From: Bacteroidetes bacterium 4572_128
GTDB taxonomy: Bacteria; Bacteroidota; Bacteroidia; Bacteroidales; 4572-128
Assembly: GCA_002084355.1 (NCBI GenBank)
Contig: NBLL01000001.1
Span: 1 to 50,581 of the forward strand
Reading direction: 5' to 3'
Length of the DNA: 50,581 nucleotides
The notes beneath the pieces are model-generated. The model did not search any database. It was not told the DNA's origin and was given only the letters and a program-made list of their open reading frames with translations. How positions within the stretch are numbered: the stretch's first letter is position 1; each line of letters starts with the position of its first letter. Positions 28,130 through 39,298 of the stretch are shown piece by piece. The position numbers and the translations under genes are program-made.

Positions 28130-28294
28130 ATTTAAATCGTCAAAATTTTCAATTTTTAACGAAAAAAATTTTTCCAAAAAAACGCCCAAAATTTTAACAT
28201 TTTAATTTAGAGTTAAAAAAATTTTTTCAAAAAAATGACCAAAATTTTAACATTTTAATTTTGAAAAAATTTTTTCAAAAAAATGACCAAAATT
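28130..28294 (+). repeat. A/T-block repeat family array (A6)
   Basis: Units with cores CGTCAAAA, CGCCCAAAA, TGACCAAAA and TGACCAAAA. Confidence 0.8.
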
Positions 28295-29242
28295 TTATAA
28301 TTTATTTTTTAATAAGTTATCAAAATAATTTATTGTTTTTATCAAACCTTCTTCCAACTGAATTTTTGGTGCCCAGTTATTTAGATTTTTTTTTGCTAAT
28401 TTAATATCTGGTTTTCTTTGCATAGGGTCGTCTTTTGGCAAAGGAAAATAAGTTATTTTAGAATTAGAATTTGTCAATTTTATAACTTTTTTAGCTAATT
28501 CCATAATGGTAAATTCATTAGGGTTTCCAATATTTACAGGACCAATAAATTCATCATTAGTATTCATCATTCTTATCATTCCTTCAACTAAATCGTCCAC
28601 ATATTGAAAACTTCTTGTCTGCAAACCATCACCGTAAATGGTAATATCTTCATTTTTTAAAGCCTGAATGATAAAATTAGAAACTACTCTACCATCTTTT
28701 TTATGCATACGAGGTCCATAAGTATTAAAAATTCTAACAATTTTAATTTTGACATTGTTTAATTGGTGATAATTCATAAATAAAGTTTCCGCACATCTTT
28801 TGCCTTCGTCATAACAAGCACGCAAACCAATAGGATTTACATTTCCCCAGTAACTTTCTTTTTGTGGATGAACTTTTGGGTCTCCATAAACTTCACTTGT
28901 TGAAGCTTGTAAAATTTTTGCTTTTTTTCGTTTAGCAAGTCCAAGCATATTTATCGCTCCCATTACAGAAGTTTTTACTGTTTTTATGCCGTTTTCTTGA
29001 TAATGAATTGGAGACGCTGGACAAGCTAAATTATAAATTTGTTCAACTTCTGCATAATATGGCATAATAATATCATGTCTAACTAATTCAAAATAAGGAT
29101 ATTTTAATAAATGAACAATATTTTTTTTGTCTCCGGTAAAATAATTATCTAAACAAATAATATCATTTCCTTCGTTCAATAATCTTTCGCAAAGGTGCGA
29201 ACCAACAAAACCAGAACCACCAGTAATTAAAATTTTTTTCAT
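28295..29242 (-). CDS. UDP-glucuronate decarboxylase (UDP-xylose synthase-like SDR)
   Basis: [33 protein letters not shown], catalytic YDEGKR, overall UXS-type sequence. Confidence 0.85.
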   Translation of the reverse strand: MKKILITGGSGFVGSHLCERLLNEGNDIICLDNYFTGDKKNIVHLLKYPYFELVRHDIIMPYYAEVEQIYNLACPASPIHYQENGIKTVKTSVMGAINMLGLAKRKKAKILQASTSEVYGDPKVHPQKESYWGNVNPIGLRACYDEGKRCAETLFMNYHQLNNVKIKIVRIFNTYGPRMHKKDGRVVSNFIIQALKNEDITIYGDGLQTRSFQYVDDLVEGMIRMMNTNDEFIGPVNIGNPNEFTIMELAKKVIKLTNSNSKITYFPLPKDDPMQRKPDIKLAKKNLNNWAPKIQLEEGLIKTINYFDNLLKNKL

Positions 29243-30018
29243 AATACAAATTTATTTTTTTTTTATTATTTAAAATAAAAAATTTTTTTTCAAAAAATGG
29301 CAATTATTTTAAGATTTTTTTCAAAAAAATGACAATTTTTTAATGATTTTTTATAATTAAAAAAAAATTTTTTTTCAAAAAACGTCCAAATTTTAATGTT
29401 TTTCAAATTAAATTAAAAAATTTTGGCTATCGAACCTTTTTGTGGAGGGAAATTTTTTCATAATAAAATTGTGAAAAATTTGTGTTTTTTTTTTAATATT
29501 TTTTAAAATTTTTTATTTCAAATCGTCACTAAAGCATTAAAAATCAATGCTTTGTAAAAAGATGCAACGAAATCATCGTGGACGATGAATCATTTTGTGT
29601 CCAAAATTTTAATATTTTTAAAATTAAAAATAAAAAAAATTTTTTCAAAATTCGTCCAAAAATTTAATGTTTTTAAAATTAAAAATAAAAAAAATTTTTT
29701 CAAATTCGTCCAAAAATTTAATGTTTTTAAAATTAAAATTTAAAAAAAAATTTTTTTCAAATTCGTCCAAAAATTTAATATTTTTTAATTTCAAAAATAA
29801 AAAAAATTTTTTTCAAATTCGTCCAAAAATTTAATGTTTTTAAATTTAAAAAATTTTTTTTTCAAATTCGTCCAAAAATTTAATGTTTTTAAAATTAAAA
29901 TTTAAAAAAATTTTTTTTTTGAAAAATCCAAATATTTTTTAATCTCAAAAATCCAAATATTTTAATATTTTATTTCAAAAATAAATTTTTCAAAATTGCG
30001 TTTTTTTTTAATGTTTTT
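29243..30018 (+). repeat. A/T-block repeat family array (A7), interrupted by about 200 bp of unique sequence
   Basis: Units at 29283-29400 have cores TGGCAATTA, TGACAATTT and CGTCCAAA. Unique sequence at 29401-29600 contains a half copy of the 63-bp palindrome at about 29570-29595. Five units of about 57 bp carrying TTCGTCCAAAAATTTAAT lie at 29650-29885. Degenerate units follow to 30018. Confidence 0.85.
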
Positions 30019-30453
30019 TCAAAATTTGGATATTTTTTTTAAAGCAAAATTTAAAATTTCTTTGTGGTCGAAAGCAAGTTCTTTTATGTTTTTTACAGCG
30101 ACCCATTTTAAATTCATAGCATCATCTTTTGCTTTTGGAAATATTTTTTCTTTTTCTACAAAAGTAAAATAAACTATAGAAATTGTTCTTCCTCTTGGGT
30201 CTCTTTTCACTTTTCCAAAAGTCTTTAATTGTTTTAAATCAATATTTTCAATACTTGTTTCTTCTTTTAATTCTCTTAAAACTGCTTCTTTTAAATTTTC
30301 ATCTTCATTAACAAAACCTCCGGGAAATGCCCAATAATATTGAAAAGGTGGATATTTTCTTTGTATAAGTAAAATCTCTAATTCATCATTTTTTTTAGAA
30401 AAAAGAATGGCATCTACTGTTACTGCTGGACGTGGATAATCATATTTATACAT
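30019..30453 (-). CDS. NUDIX hydrolase
   Basis: Nudix box GGFVNEDENLKEAVLRELKEETSI. Confidence 0.8.
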   Translation of the reverse strand: MYKYDYPRPAVTVDAILFSKKNDELEILLIQRKYPPFQYYWAFPGGFVNEDENLKEAVLRELKEETSIENIDLKQLKTFGKVKRDPRGRTISIVYFTFVEKEKIFPKAKDDAMNLKWVAVKNIKELAFDHKEILNFALKKISKF

Positions 30454-30470
30454 AATTTTGAAATTTTTTT

Positions 30471-30507
30471 ATAATTATCAAAAAAAAAAAAATTTTTTGA
30501 TAATTAT
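30471..30507 (-). terminator. A/T hairpin between the DUF1015 gene and the NUDIX gene
   Basis: ATAATTATCAAAAAA, A7, then TTTTTTGATAATTAT: 15-bp perfect arms. There is no T tract after it on the minus strand, so this is weak. Confidence 0.3.
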
Positions 30508-30517
30508 AAATTTTAAA

Positions 30518-31676
30518 TTATTTTAAAGAGTGAAATACTAAACCACTTCTTAATTTTGGCTCGAACCAAGTTGTTTTTGGAGGCATAATTTTATCATTAT
30601 CAGCAATATCCATCAATTGTTTCATACTAACAGGATATAAAGCAAAAGCAACTTTCATCTCTCCAGAATCAACACGTTTTTTTAATTCACCAATTCCACG
30701 TATTCCTCCAACAAAATCTATACGTTTAGAACGTCTCAAATCTAAAATATTAAGATGTGGCTCTAAAATATGCTCATAAATACATAGAAAAATTATGTAA
30801 TTTATTTGGTTTATATTCTTCTTTTTTTTCACAAATAACAAAATTTTCTTTTAATTTTGTTATAAATTCTTCATCAGACATTCCATTTAAATCTTTTACA
30901 ACTCTATTGTAATCAATAATTGTAAGCTGACTTTCTGGAAAATTTACAGACATAAAAAAATTATATTCTTCATCTCCATTGTGATTTGGATTATTATTTT
31001 TTCTCTCTTCACCAACCAAAGCAGCAGCAGCAGTTCTGTGATGTCCATCAGCAACATAAACAAATGGAATTTCTTTATCAAAAATTTCCGTAATTCTTTT
31101 TATTGTTTTATCGTTATTAATAATCCAAAAATGATGTCCAACTTCATCGTCAGTTTTAAAATCATATTCTGCTTTTTCTTTTACCGTTTTTTCTATAATT
31201 TCATTAATTTCTTTATTATCCCTAAAAGCAAAAAATACTGGTTCAGCGTTTGCATCTGTATAACGAACATGATTCATTCTATCCTCTTCTTTATCTGGTC
31301 TTGTCAGTTCATGTTTTTTTATAATATTATTATTATAATCTTCAACAGAACTACACGCAACAATACCATATTGAGTTTTCCCCCACATAGTTTGTCCATA
31401 AATATAAAATTTATCTTTCTCATCTTGAAAAAACATCCCACTATCGACAAGAGATTTCAAATTTGATTTTGCTTTGTTGTAAAGAATTTCACCATGTAAA
31501 TCTACATCTTTCGGAAGATCTACTTCTGGTTTTACAACATGTAAAAAAGAATGAGGATTTCCTTTTACTTCTTCTCTCGCTTCATCAGAATTTAGAACGT
31601 CATAGGGACGAGAAGCAATTTCATTTACATTATCCTTTTTAGGACGAAAACCTTTAAATGCTCTTAGAACAGCCAT
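30518..31676 (-). pseudogene. DUF1015-family protein, internal deletion plus frame change
   Basis: ORF 30774-31676 is the DUF1015 N-terminal 300 aa (MAVLRAFKGFRP...ASRPYDVL...). ORF 30518-30841 carries the family C-terminus (...RIDFVGGIRG...AFALYPVSMKQLMDIADNDKIMPPKTTWFEPKLRSGL) in another frame. The junction is ...NFSMYL | EHILEPHLNILD. From memory, about 40 residues are missing. Confidence 0.65.
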
Positions 31677-31704
31677 TTATAATTTTTTTAAATTTATTGA
31701 ATTA

Positions 31705-31712
31705 CAAAGATA
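31705..31712 (-). promoter_or_regulatory. -7 promoter box (TATCTTTG on the minus strand)
   Basis: Plus strand reads CAAAGATA, 28 nt upstream of the start codon at 31676. Confidence 0.35.
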
Positions 31713-31758
31713 ATTATATTTTTAAAAATGAAAAAAAAAAAATTTTGAAAATATTTTT

Positions 31759-32952
31759 TTAAAATGAAATTTTTGTATATGGTAAAAGCTCCTTAATTTT
31801 TTGCATTTCATCTACATCAAAAAAATTTCCATATAATAATAATTCTTCTAAATTTTTTAGTTCAGAAATTTCTTCTGGCAATTTTTTTAGTTTATTATTT
31901 GCAATATAAAAAAATCTCAAATTCTTTAAAAACCCAATTTCATAAGGTAAAAATTTAATATAATTATTTAATAAATTTAAAGTTACAAGATTTTCTAAAT
32001 CTCCAATTTCAAAAGGCAAAAAAGTAATTTGATTTTCATTAGCAATTAATTCTGATAGGTTTTCCATCTTACCAATTTCTTCTGGAAAGCTATGTAAATA
32101 ATTATAACTTACATCAATAACTTCTAATTTTTTCATTTTTTCTATTGTTTTTGGAATTTCGTCCATTCGATTTCTTACAACAAATAATAATTTCAAATTT
32201 TTTAACTTTCCTATTCCATCAGGTAATTTTCTAATTCTATTTTCATTGAGATTTAAAAGTTCTAAATTCTTTAATTTTTTTATATTATCAGGCAAAATTT
32301 CAATTTTATTATCATAAAGATATAATTCTTTTAAATTTTTAAATTTTTTAATTTCGTTGAAAGTTTTTTCAAAATCTAAATATGGATTGTTTGAAATATC
32401 TAAAACCTCAATATTTTTTAATTTTCTTAATTTATTTGGATTAATAAGCATTGTGCTTGATAAAAGCAATTTTCTTAAATCTTGCAAATTTTGTAATTTT
32501 TCAAAAGCGTCTTCAAAATTTAAATTTTGATTTCCTCCAATATTTAAAGAGATTAATTTTTTTAATTTTGAAATATTAGAAGGTAAAGTATCTATAAAAT
32601 TATTGAATAAATTTAGTTCTTTCAAATTTTGAAATTCACTTAAAATCTCAAAAACATCGGTAAAATTTAGTTTTTGATTTCCTGAAAGGTTCAAAATTTC
32701 TAATTCTTCAAAATGTAAAATTTCAAAATCTAAGGTATCAAAAAAATTATTGCTTAAATCTAACTCTTTTAAGTTTCCAAATTTATAAAGTTGTTTAGGA
32801 ATTTTTCCAATTCCTGTTTCTTTTAAGGAGAAACGATAAACTTCTTCCGGATTTTTTAATCCTTCATTTATATTCTTATAAAGCTTTTCTTCCTGAGAAA
32901 ATATTTGTAAAAAATAAACAAAAAAAGATAATGTTAAAAAAATTTTTTTCAT
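31759..32952 (-). CDS. secreted leucine-rich-repeat (LRR) protein
   Basis: Signal peptide MKKIFLTLSFFVYFLQIFSQ, then about 14 LRR units (LxxLxLxxNxLxxLPxxIxxLKNL). The ORF extension to 33012 runs into the repeat array and is probably not translated. Confidence 0.85.
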   Translation of the reverse strand: MKKIFLTLSFFVYFLQIFSQEEKLYKNINEGLKNPEEVYRFSLKETGIGKIPKQLYKFGNLKELDLSNNFFDTLDFEILHFEELEILNLSGNQKLNFTDVFEILSEFQNLKELNLFNNFIDTLPSNISKLKKLISLNIGGNQNLNFEDAFEKLQNLQDLRKLLLSSTMLINPNKLRKLKNIEVLDISNNPYLDFEKTFNEIKKFKNLKELYLYDNKIEILPDNIKKLKNLELLNLNENRIRKLPDGIGKLKNLKLLFVVRNRMDEIPKTIEKMKKLEVIDVSYNYLHSFPEEIGKMENLSELIANENQITFLPFEIGDLENLVTLNLLNNYIKFLPYEIGFLKNLRFFYIANNKLKKLPEEISELKNLEELLLYGNFFDVDEMQKIKELLPYTKISF

Positions 32953-33012
32953 AAATATTTTTTTGCAAAATAATAATTTTTTATTTTTATAAAAAAAACG
33001 CCATTTTTTCAA

Positions 33013-33360
33013 AAAATATTTTTCAAAAAAACGCTAAATTTTTAATGATTTTAAATTAAAATTTTTTTATTTGAAATTATTAAAAAAAAATTTTCCAAAA
33101 ACGCCAAAATTTTTAATTTTTATTTCAAAAAATATTTTCCAAAAAACGCCAAAATTTTCAATTTATTTAAAAAAAAATTTTTCCCAAAAACGCCAAAATT
33201 TTTAATTTATTTAAAAAAATATTTTTCCAAAAAACGCCAAAATTTTTAATTTATTTAAAAAAATATTTTCCAAAAAAACGCCAAAATTTTTGATTTTTAT
33301 TTCAAAAAAAATTTTTCCAAAAAACGCCAAAATTTTCATGATTTTATTTTTCAATAAAAA
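33013..33360 (+). repeat. A/T-block repeat family array (A8), core CGCCAAAA
   Basis: Seven units of about 45-55 bp: ...TTTTTCCAAAAAACGCCAAAATTTTTAATTTATTTAAAAAAA.... Confidence 0.85.
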
Positions 33361-33413
33361 AATTTAAATTTATATCGTTTTTTATTTTTTTTTATTTTAA
33401 ATAAAAATTATTT

Positions 33414-35856
33414 TTGTTTAAAATAAAAAAAATGAGCAGTTTAAAAAAAAAAATTTTTTCTTGGAAAGAATTTAAAATTAATAAAAAAATAAGAATAATA
33501 ATATTTTTTATGAGCATTACACCTGTTCTATTTATGGCTTTTCTCGGCTATTATAGTGGAATAACAATGATAAATAAAGGATATTTTCAAGGATTGAATG
33601 TTATTAGAGATTCTAAAAAAGAGCTAATTGAAAATTATTTTAAAAATATTGAAAATTCATTAATCTATTTGTCTAAATATAAAAAAACTATAAATGCAAT
33701 AAAAGATTTTAAAAAAGCAATTTCTTCTATAAAAATAAGAAATGATGAAGAATATAAAAAAGCAGAAAAAAATTTACATTATTTTTATAAAACAAATTTT
33801 TTACCGAGATTAAACGAAAAATTAGAAAAGAATAAAAATATTTATGATTTTCTTCCGAAAGACAGTACAACAGTAATTTTACAAAATTCTTATATTTTAA
33901 AAAATAAAAATAAAAATCATAAATTATATGATATTTATAATAATAAATATCATAAAACATTTGAAAATTTTTTCAATTTATTTGATTGTAGAGATGTTTT
34001 TCTAATAGATGCAAAAGATTTAAAAATTATTTATACTGTTTATAAAGAAACAGATTTTGCAAGGTCTTTAAAATCGGCAATTTTTTTTAAAAAAAATATA
34101 AAAGAAGTTTGTAAAAAGATAATTTCAAATCCAGAAAGAAATTCTTTTTTTATTAGCGATTTAAAAAGATATGAATTTTCATTTATGGAACCAGCATTTT
34201 TTATTGGAAGTCCAGTTTTTGACGAGAATGAATTAATTGGAATGATTATTTTTCAAATTTCTATGAAAAAAATAAATCAAATAATCGCTTCTGAAAATAA
34301 AAATTCTGAAGATATAGAAATTTCAATTTTAGGAGAAGATTTTAAAATTAGAGCAAATAATAAATATATTGAGGACCAAGACTTATATTTAGAAAAACTT
34401 GAAAAAACAAATTATAATAATAATATTATTAATAATATTAAAAAATATAAATCAAATGTTTTAATTCAAAAAATAGAAAATGAAAACTTAAAAAAGTTTT
34501 TAAATGGTAAAGAAAGAAACAAAATTATAAAAAATGACTTTGACAAAAATGTTTTTATTTCTTATTCTAATATAAAAATTGGAGAATTAAATTGGAAAAT
34601 AATTGTAGAATTAGAAAAAGAAAAAACCTCTGAATATTTTTTTAAAGTGCGAACTTTTATTACTATAATTACTATTATTTTAATAATAATTATTTATTTT
34701 TTTACAAATATTTTTGTAAAAAAATTAGTTGAACCGATAATTCAATTAAAAGAAAATTTTATATTACTTTCTGATGGTAAATTTCCTAAGAAAATAGAGA
34801 TAAAATATAATGATGAAATTGGAGAAACAATTAATGCTTTAAATGAATTATCAAATGGTTTAAAATTATCTGTTGATTTTGCAAATAAAATCGGAGAAGG
34901 AAAATTAGATGCCGAATATATCGTTTCAAAAGACGGTGATTTTGGAAATGCTCTTTTGCGTATGCGAGATAAATTAAAAATTGCAAAAAACGACGAAGAA
35001 AAAAATAATGAAGAAAAAAGAATACAAAAATGGATAAATGACGGAATAAATGGAATTAATAAAATTACTCATAATAAATATGAAAATATTAGTTTGCTTT
35101 CGAAAAATATTTTGTATTTTGTAATAAATTATTTAGATGCAAATCAAGGCGGTTTTTTTGTAATTAATGATGAAAAAAAAAATATTGAAATGACCGCTTG
35201 TGTTGCTTAGAAAAAGAAATTATTTATATTAAAAATTTACCGCAATCATATTTAGAAATTACTTCTGGACTTGGTGATGAAAATCCAAAAAATTTAATTA
35301 TTGTTCCTCTGATTCTTAATGGAGAAGTTTTTGGTGTTATAGAAATTGCTTCTTTTAAATTATTTAAAAAATGGGAAATAGAATTTGTGAAAAAAATATC
35401 TGAAGATTTAGCATCATCTGTTTTGGGAGTAAAATCTCACCAAAGAACAGAAATAAAGAATTACAAACATCACAAGAAATGTCTGTAAGAAAAACAAAAG
35501 AAATGCAAGATATTTTATCTGTAATAGACAATTCTATTATGATGGTAGAATTTGATAAAAACTCTAAATTTATTTCGACAACTAATGCTGTGGAAAAATT
35601 TCTTAAAATAAACAAATCAGATGTTTTGAATAAAAAACATCAAGAAGTTTCTAATTTAAGTGATTTAGAATTTAGTAAATTATGGAATAAATTAAAAAAT
35701 GGTGAAATTGTAGAAAGATATTTTTATTTTGATTATTTAGATAAATATGTAAAAGATATTTATACTCCTATTTTTGACGAAAATGATAAGTTAGAAAAAG
35801 TTATTCTAATTTATTTTGATATTACAGAAGAAACAAAATTAAAAATGAAAAATTAG
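33414..35856 (+). pseudogene. second Cache-HAMP-GAF-PAS sensor, disrupted paralogue of 2857-5178
   Basis: There are three ORFs in three frames: 33414-35210, 35198-35488 and 35479-35856. The GAF region aligns with the intact paralogue (NYLDANQGGFFVI..., ITSGLGDENPKNLIIVPLILNGEVFGVIEIASF). About 20-25 residues are missing at the first junction (ACVA | LEKEIIYI), and the coiled coil is shortened at the second. Confidence 0.65.
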
Positions 35857-36140
35857 ATTTTTTATTTTTAATTATAAATTTTTAATCAACATTATTAAAA
35901 AAATTTTTATGCTTTGATATTTGATTTATCAAGTTCGTATAAAATTTGTTTTCGTAAAGTATTTGCATCTATTTCTAACATTTTATATAATTAAAAAAAA
36001 ATTAAAATAAAAACGACATAATAATTTTTATTTTAAATTTTAAAAATTATTTTTTTTTTTCAAAAATTGCATCTTTTTTATAAAATAAATTAAAAAAAAA
36101 CGTTAAAAAAATTGAAAAAAATTTAATAATTTTAATTTTT

Positions 36141-36170
36141 TTCTGCACTTGCGGTATTTTTACCGCACAT
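36141..36170. repeat. G/C-containing hairpin element, copy 1 (related to 43786-43820)
   Basis: TCTGCACTTGCGGTATTTTTACCGCACATATTATT. The stem is TGCGGTA/TACCGCA. It shares the CTGC.C..TGCGGT.TTTT.ACCGCACAT.ATTATT frame with the copy at 43.8 kb. Confidence 0.6.
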
Positions 36171-36179
36171 ATTATTCAT

Positions 36180-36330
36180 AATTTCAAAATTAAAAAAATT
36201 TTTTTCAAAAATCATTCAAAATTTTAAATTTTTTAAATCAAAATAAAAAAATTTTTTTCAAAATTCGTGAAAATTTCAATATTTTGATTTAAAAATAATT
36301 TTTCAAAATTCGTGAAAAATTTAATATTAA
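36180..36330 (+). repeat. A/T-block repeat family, three degenerate units (A9)
   Basis: Cores TCATTCAAAA, TTCGTGAAAA and TTCGTGAAAAA, each followed by TTT(C/T)AA(A)T. Confidence 0.6.
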
Positions 36331-36396
36331 AAAAAACATTTTTTTTATTAAAATGTTTTTTTTAATATTGAATTCAAAAATTTTTAATTTTAAATT

Positions 36397-38402
36397 ATGA
36401 AAAAATTTATTTTGCCAATTTTAATTTTGGCTTTTGTTTCTTGTGATAATAAAAAATCAAGTTTTGAATATCCAGAAACAAAAAAAGTTGATAGTGTTGA
36501 TACATATTTTGGTGTGGAAGTAAAAGATAATTACAGATGGTTGGAGGATGATATGTCTGAAGAAACAGCAAATTGGGTACAATCTCAAAATAAAGTAACT
36601 TTTGATTATTTGGAAAAAATACCTTTTAGGAAAAAAATTAATGACAGATTAACAGAAATATGGAATTACGAAAAATTTTCTGTCCCTTTCAAAAGAGGCG
36701 GAAAATATTTTTTCTTTAAAAATACTGGTTTACAAAATCAAAGTGTTTTGTATATTCAAGATAATTTAAATAAAAAAGAAAAAGTTTTATTAGACCCAAA
36801 TAAACTTTCTAAAGATGGAACTGTTGCTCTTGCTGGTTTAAAATTGACAAAAGATATAAAATATCTTGCTTATTCTATTGCCCGCGGTGGTTCTGATTGG
36901 AACGAAATTTTTGTTAAAGAAGTGAAAACTGGAAAAATTTTGAAAGACCATATAAAATGGGTAAAGTTTTCGGGGATTTCTTGGTTTAAAGATGGTTTTT
37001 TCTACAGCTCTTACGACAAACCTGAAGGAAGTGCTTTATCAAAGAAAAATGAATTTCATAAAGTTTATTATCACAAATTAGGAACTGAGCAAAAAGAAGA
37101 TAAATTAATTTATGAAAACAAAAAATTTCCTTTGAGAAATTATTATGTTTCTATTACAGATGATGAAAAATTTTTGATAATGTCTGAAACAGAATCTACT
37201 CACGGCGAAAGTGTTTATTTTAAAAATTTAGAAAAAGAAAATTCTGAATTTGTAAAAATTGCTGATGGTTTCAAATATGAATATAAAATTCTTGAGCATT
37301 CGAAAGGTAAATTTTATATTCTTACAAACGATAATTCTCCAAAATACAAACTTGTTGAAGTTGAAATTAAAAATCCAGAAATTAAAAACTGGAAAGAAAT
37401 TTTACCAGAAAAAGAAAAAAATTGCCAACAATAGGAACCGTTGGAGGATTTTCTTATTTAAAAGGTGAAAATATGGCTTTTTATACTTTTACATCTTTTA
37501 CTGTACCTTCTATAATTTATAAATATGATTTTAAAACAGGAAAATCTGTAATCTATAAAAAACCAAAAATAAATTTTGATTTTGATAATTATGAGACAAA
37601 ACAAATTTTTTACAGGAGTAAAGATGGTACAAAAGTTCCAATGTTTATTGTCCATAAAAAAGGTTTAAAAATGGAAGGTAACAATCCGACTTTATTGTAT
37701 GCTTACGGTGGTTTTAATATTAGTTTAACTCCAAGTTTTAGCGTAACTCGTTTGGCATTTTTAGAAAACGGCGGAGTTTTTGTCATGGCAAATTTGCGTG
37801 GCGGAGGAGAATACGGAGAAAAATGGCATTTAGATGGAACAAAAATGCATAAACAAAATGTTTTTGATGATTTTATTTATGCTGCTGAATATTTAATAAA
37901 AGAAAAATATACTTCTTCTGAAAAACTTGCAATACAAGGAGGTTCTAATGGAGGTTTACTTGTCGGTGCTGTTATTAATCAACGACCAGAATTGTTTAAA
38001 GTTGCTTTGCCTGCGGTTGGAGTGATGGATATGTTACGTTATCAAAAGTTTACCATTGGATGGGCGTGGGCTGGAGATTATGGAACAAGCGATGATAGTA
38101 AAGAAATGTTTGAATATTTAAAAAATTATTCACCGCTTCACACTGTAAAGAAAAATGGAAAATATCCTGCAGTTCTTGTCAGTACTGCTGACCACGATGA
38201 TAGAGTCGTTCCTGCACATTCTTTTAAATATATTGCAGAACTACAAAGTAAAAATAAAAATAATGAAAATCCTTTGTTCATTAGAATAGGAGTAGATGCT
38301 GGACATGGAGCAGGAAAACCTACAGAAAAAATCATTGAAGAATATTCTGATATATGGGCATTTTTATTTTATAATATGAATATAGAACCATATAAAGATT
38401 AA
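36397..38402 (+). pseudogene. prolyl oligopeptidase (S9A), internal deletion plus frame change
   Basis: ORF 36397-37434 has a lipoprotein-type signal, the N-terminal domain and most of the beta-propeller. ORF 37422-38402 has the end of the propeller and the catalytic domain (GGSNGGLLVGA, ADHDDRVVPAHS, GHGAG). The frames differ, and the propeller-to-catalytic junction appears shortened. Confidence 0.8.
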
Positions 38403-38483
38403 TTTCTTATAAATTATATAAATTTTCAAAATATTGAAATTTTGGACGAATTTGAAAAAAAATGTTTTTTTAATAAATTAAAA

Positions 38484-39263
38484 TCATTCTTCATCTTCTT
38501 CTTCTGAAACGTATCTTTTTAAAATTTTCCCAAAACTATAAGACAAAAATAAAGTAAAGAAAAATTGTTTGTTTTTTTCTGTAGCCATAATTTCAACTTT
38601 TTTCAAAAAAAGTTCCATCAAAAATCCACCTTCTAAAGCCTGTACATCGTCATTTTTTTTGCTAAATTCAAAATTAACACCTGCTTTTAAGAAAACAGAA
38701 GGAATTATTTTTAATTCAGAAAAACCTTCTAAAAAAGAAGATCTTGCAAAAATATAACCATCTCTATGATTTCTATTATTGATGTTAAATTTTTCCTCTT
38801 TGACTATCATTAATTGAGATTCACGATAAGCAACTTCATAATAAATTGGTTTCAAAATAGCAAAAGAACCACCAGATAAAGTAAAAAAATTTATTTCAAC
38901 TCCGCCTTTATCTAATTTTGGAAACCTTCGCCTTTGCCAACCAACACCACCACGTAAAACAACAGCAAGATTTTTTTTGCCAAAAACAAAACGCTTTTGA
39001 CTGTCAAAACTTGAATTTGTAATTTTCACTTCTTTTTGATGTCTGATATATGATATATCTCCATAAAATAATTTCTTATTGTAAGCGTCTATAAATTCTC
39101 CATAACGAAAATTCCCTCCAAAACCATCAGAATTTATCGAAATACCAAAAGAACGTTCATCTCTAAAAAGTGTCTTTTTTTGTTCTTCAATCAACTCGCC
39201 TTGTCCATAAGTATACGAAAAAACAAACAAGAATAAAATTAAAAAAAAAAATTTTTTATTCAT
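38484..39263 (-). CDS. hypothetical secreted protein, probable outer-membrane beta-barrel
   Basis: Signal peptide, alternating hydrophobic beta-strand pattern, aromatic residues near the C-terminus. No family recognised. Confidence 0.4.
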   Translation of the reverse strand: MNKKFFFLILFLFVFSYTYGQGELIEEQKKTLFRDERSFGISINSDGFGGNFRYGEFIDAYNKKLFYGDISYIRHQKEVKITNSSFDSQKRFVFGKKNLAVVLRGGVGWQRRRFPKLDKGGVEINFFTLSGGSFAILKPIYYEVAYRESQLMIVKEEKFNINNRNHRDGYIFARSSFLEGFSELKIIPSVFLKAGVNFEFSKKNDDVQALEGGFLMELFLKKVEIMATEKNKQFFFTLFLSYSFGKILKRYVSEEEDEE

Positions 39264-39298
39264 TTATGCAATTTTTTAACGTTTTTTGGCATTTTTTA

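Noticed and set aside
29247-29254. An exact TAnnTTTG box (minus strand) sits upstream of the UDP-glucuronate decarboxylase gene.
   Set aside because: It lies only 4 nt from the start codon. The [17 protein letters not shown]-terminus cannot begin further downstream, so this is probably a chance match or would imply a leaderless transcript. It is not reported as a promoter.
29425-29436. GGCTATCGAACC (reverse complement GGTTCGATAGCC) looked like a tRNA T-arm remnant.
   Set aside because: The flanking bases cannot form a 5-bp T stem, and no acceptor or anticodon arms are present. No G/C-rich segment of about 75 nt is visible anywhere in the intergenic regions.
20961-30018. Cassettes separated by repeats resemble an integron cassette array with attC sites.
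   Set aside because: No integrase or attI is present and gene orientations are mixed. The separators are variable-length tandem arrays rather than single imperfect-palindrome attC sites. Only the weaker idea of repeat-mediated cassette turnover is kept.
35908-35985. A short minus-strand ORF (MLEIDANTLRKQILYELDKSNIKA, 24 aa) lies in the 540-bp non-coding gap.
   Set aside because: It is too short, has no recognisable family, signal or coupled partner, and is indistinguishable from chance.
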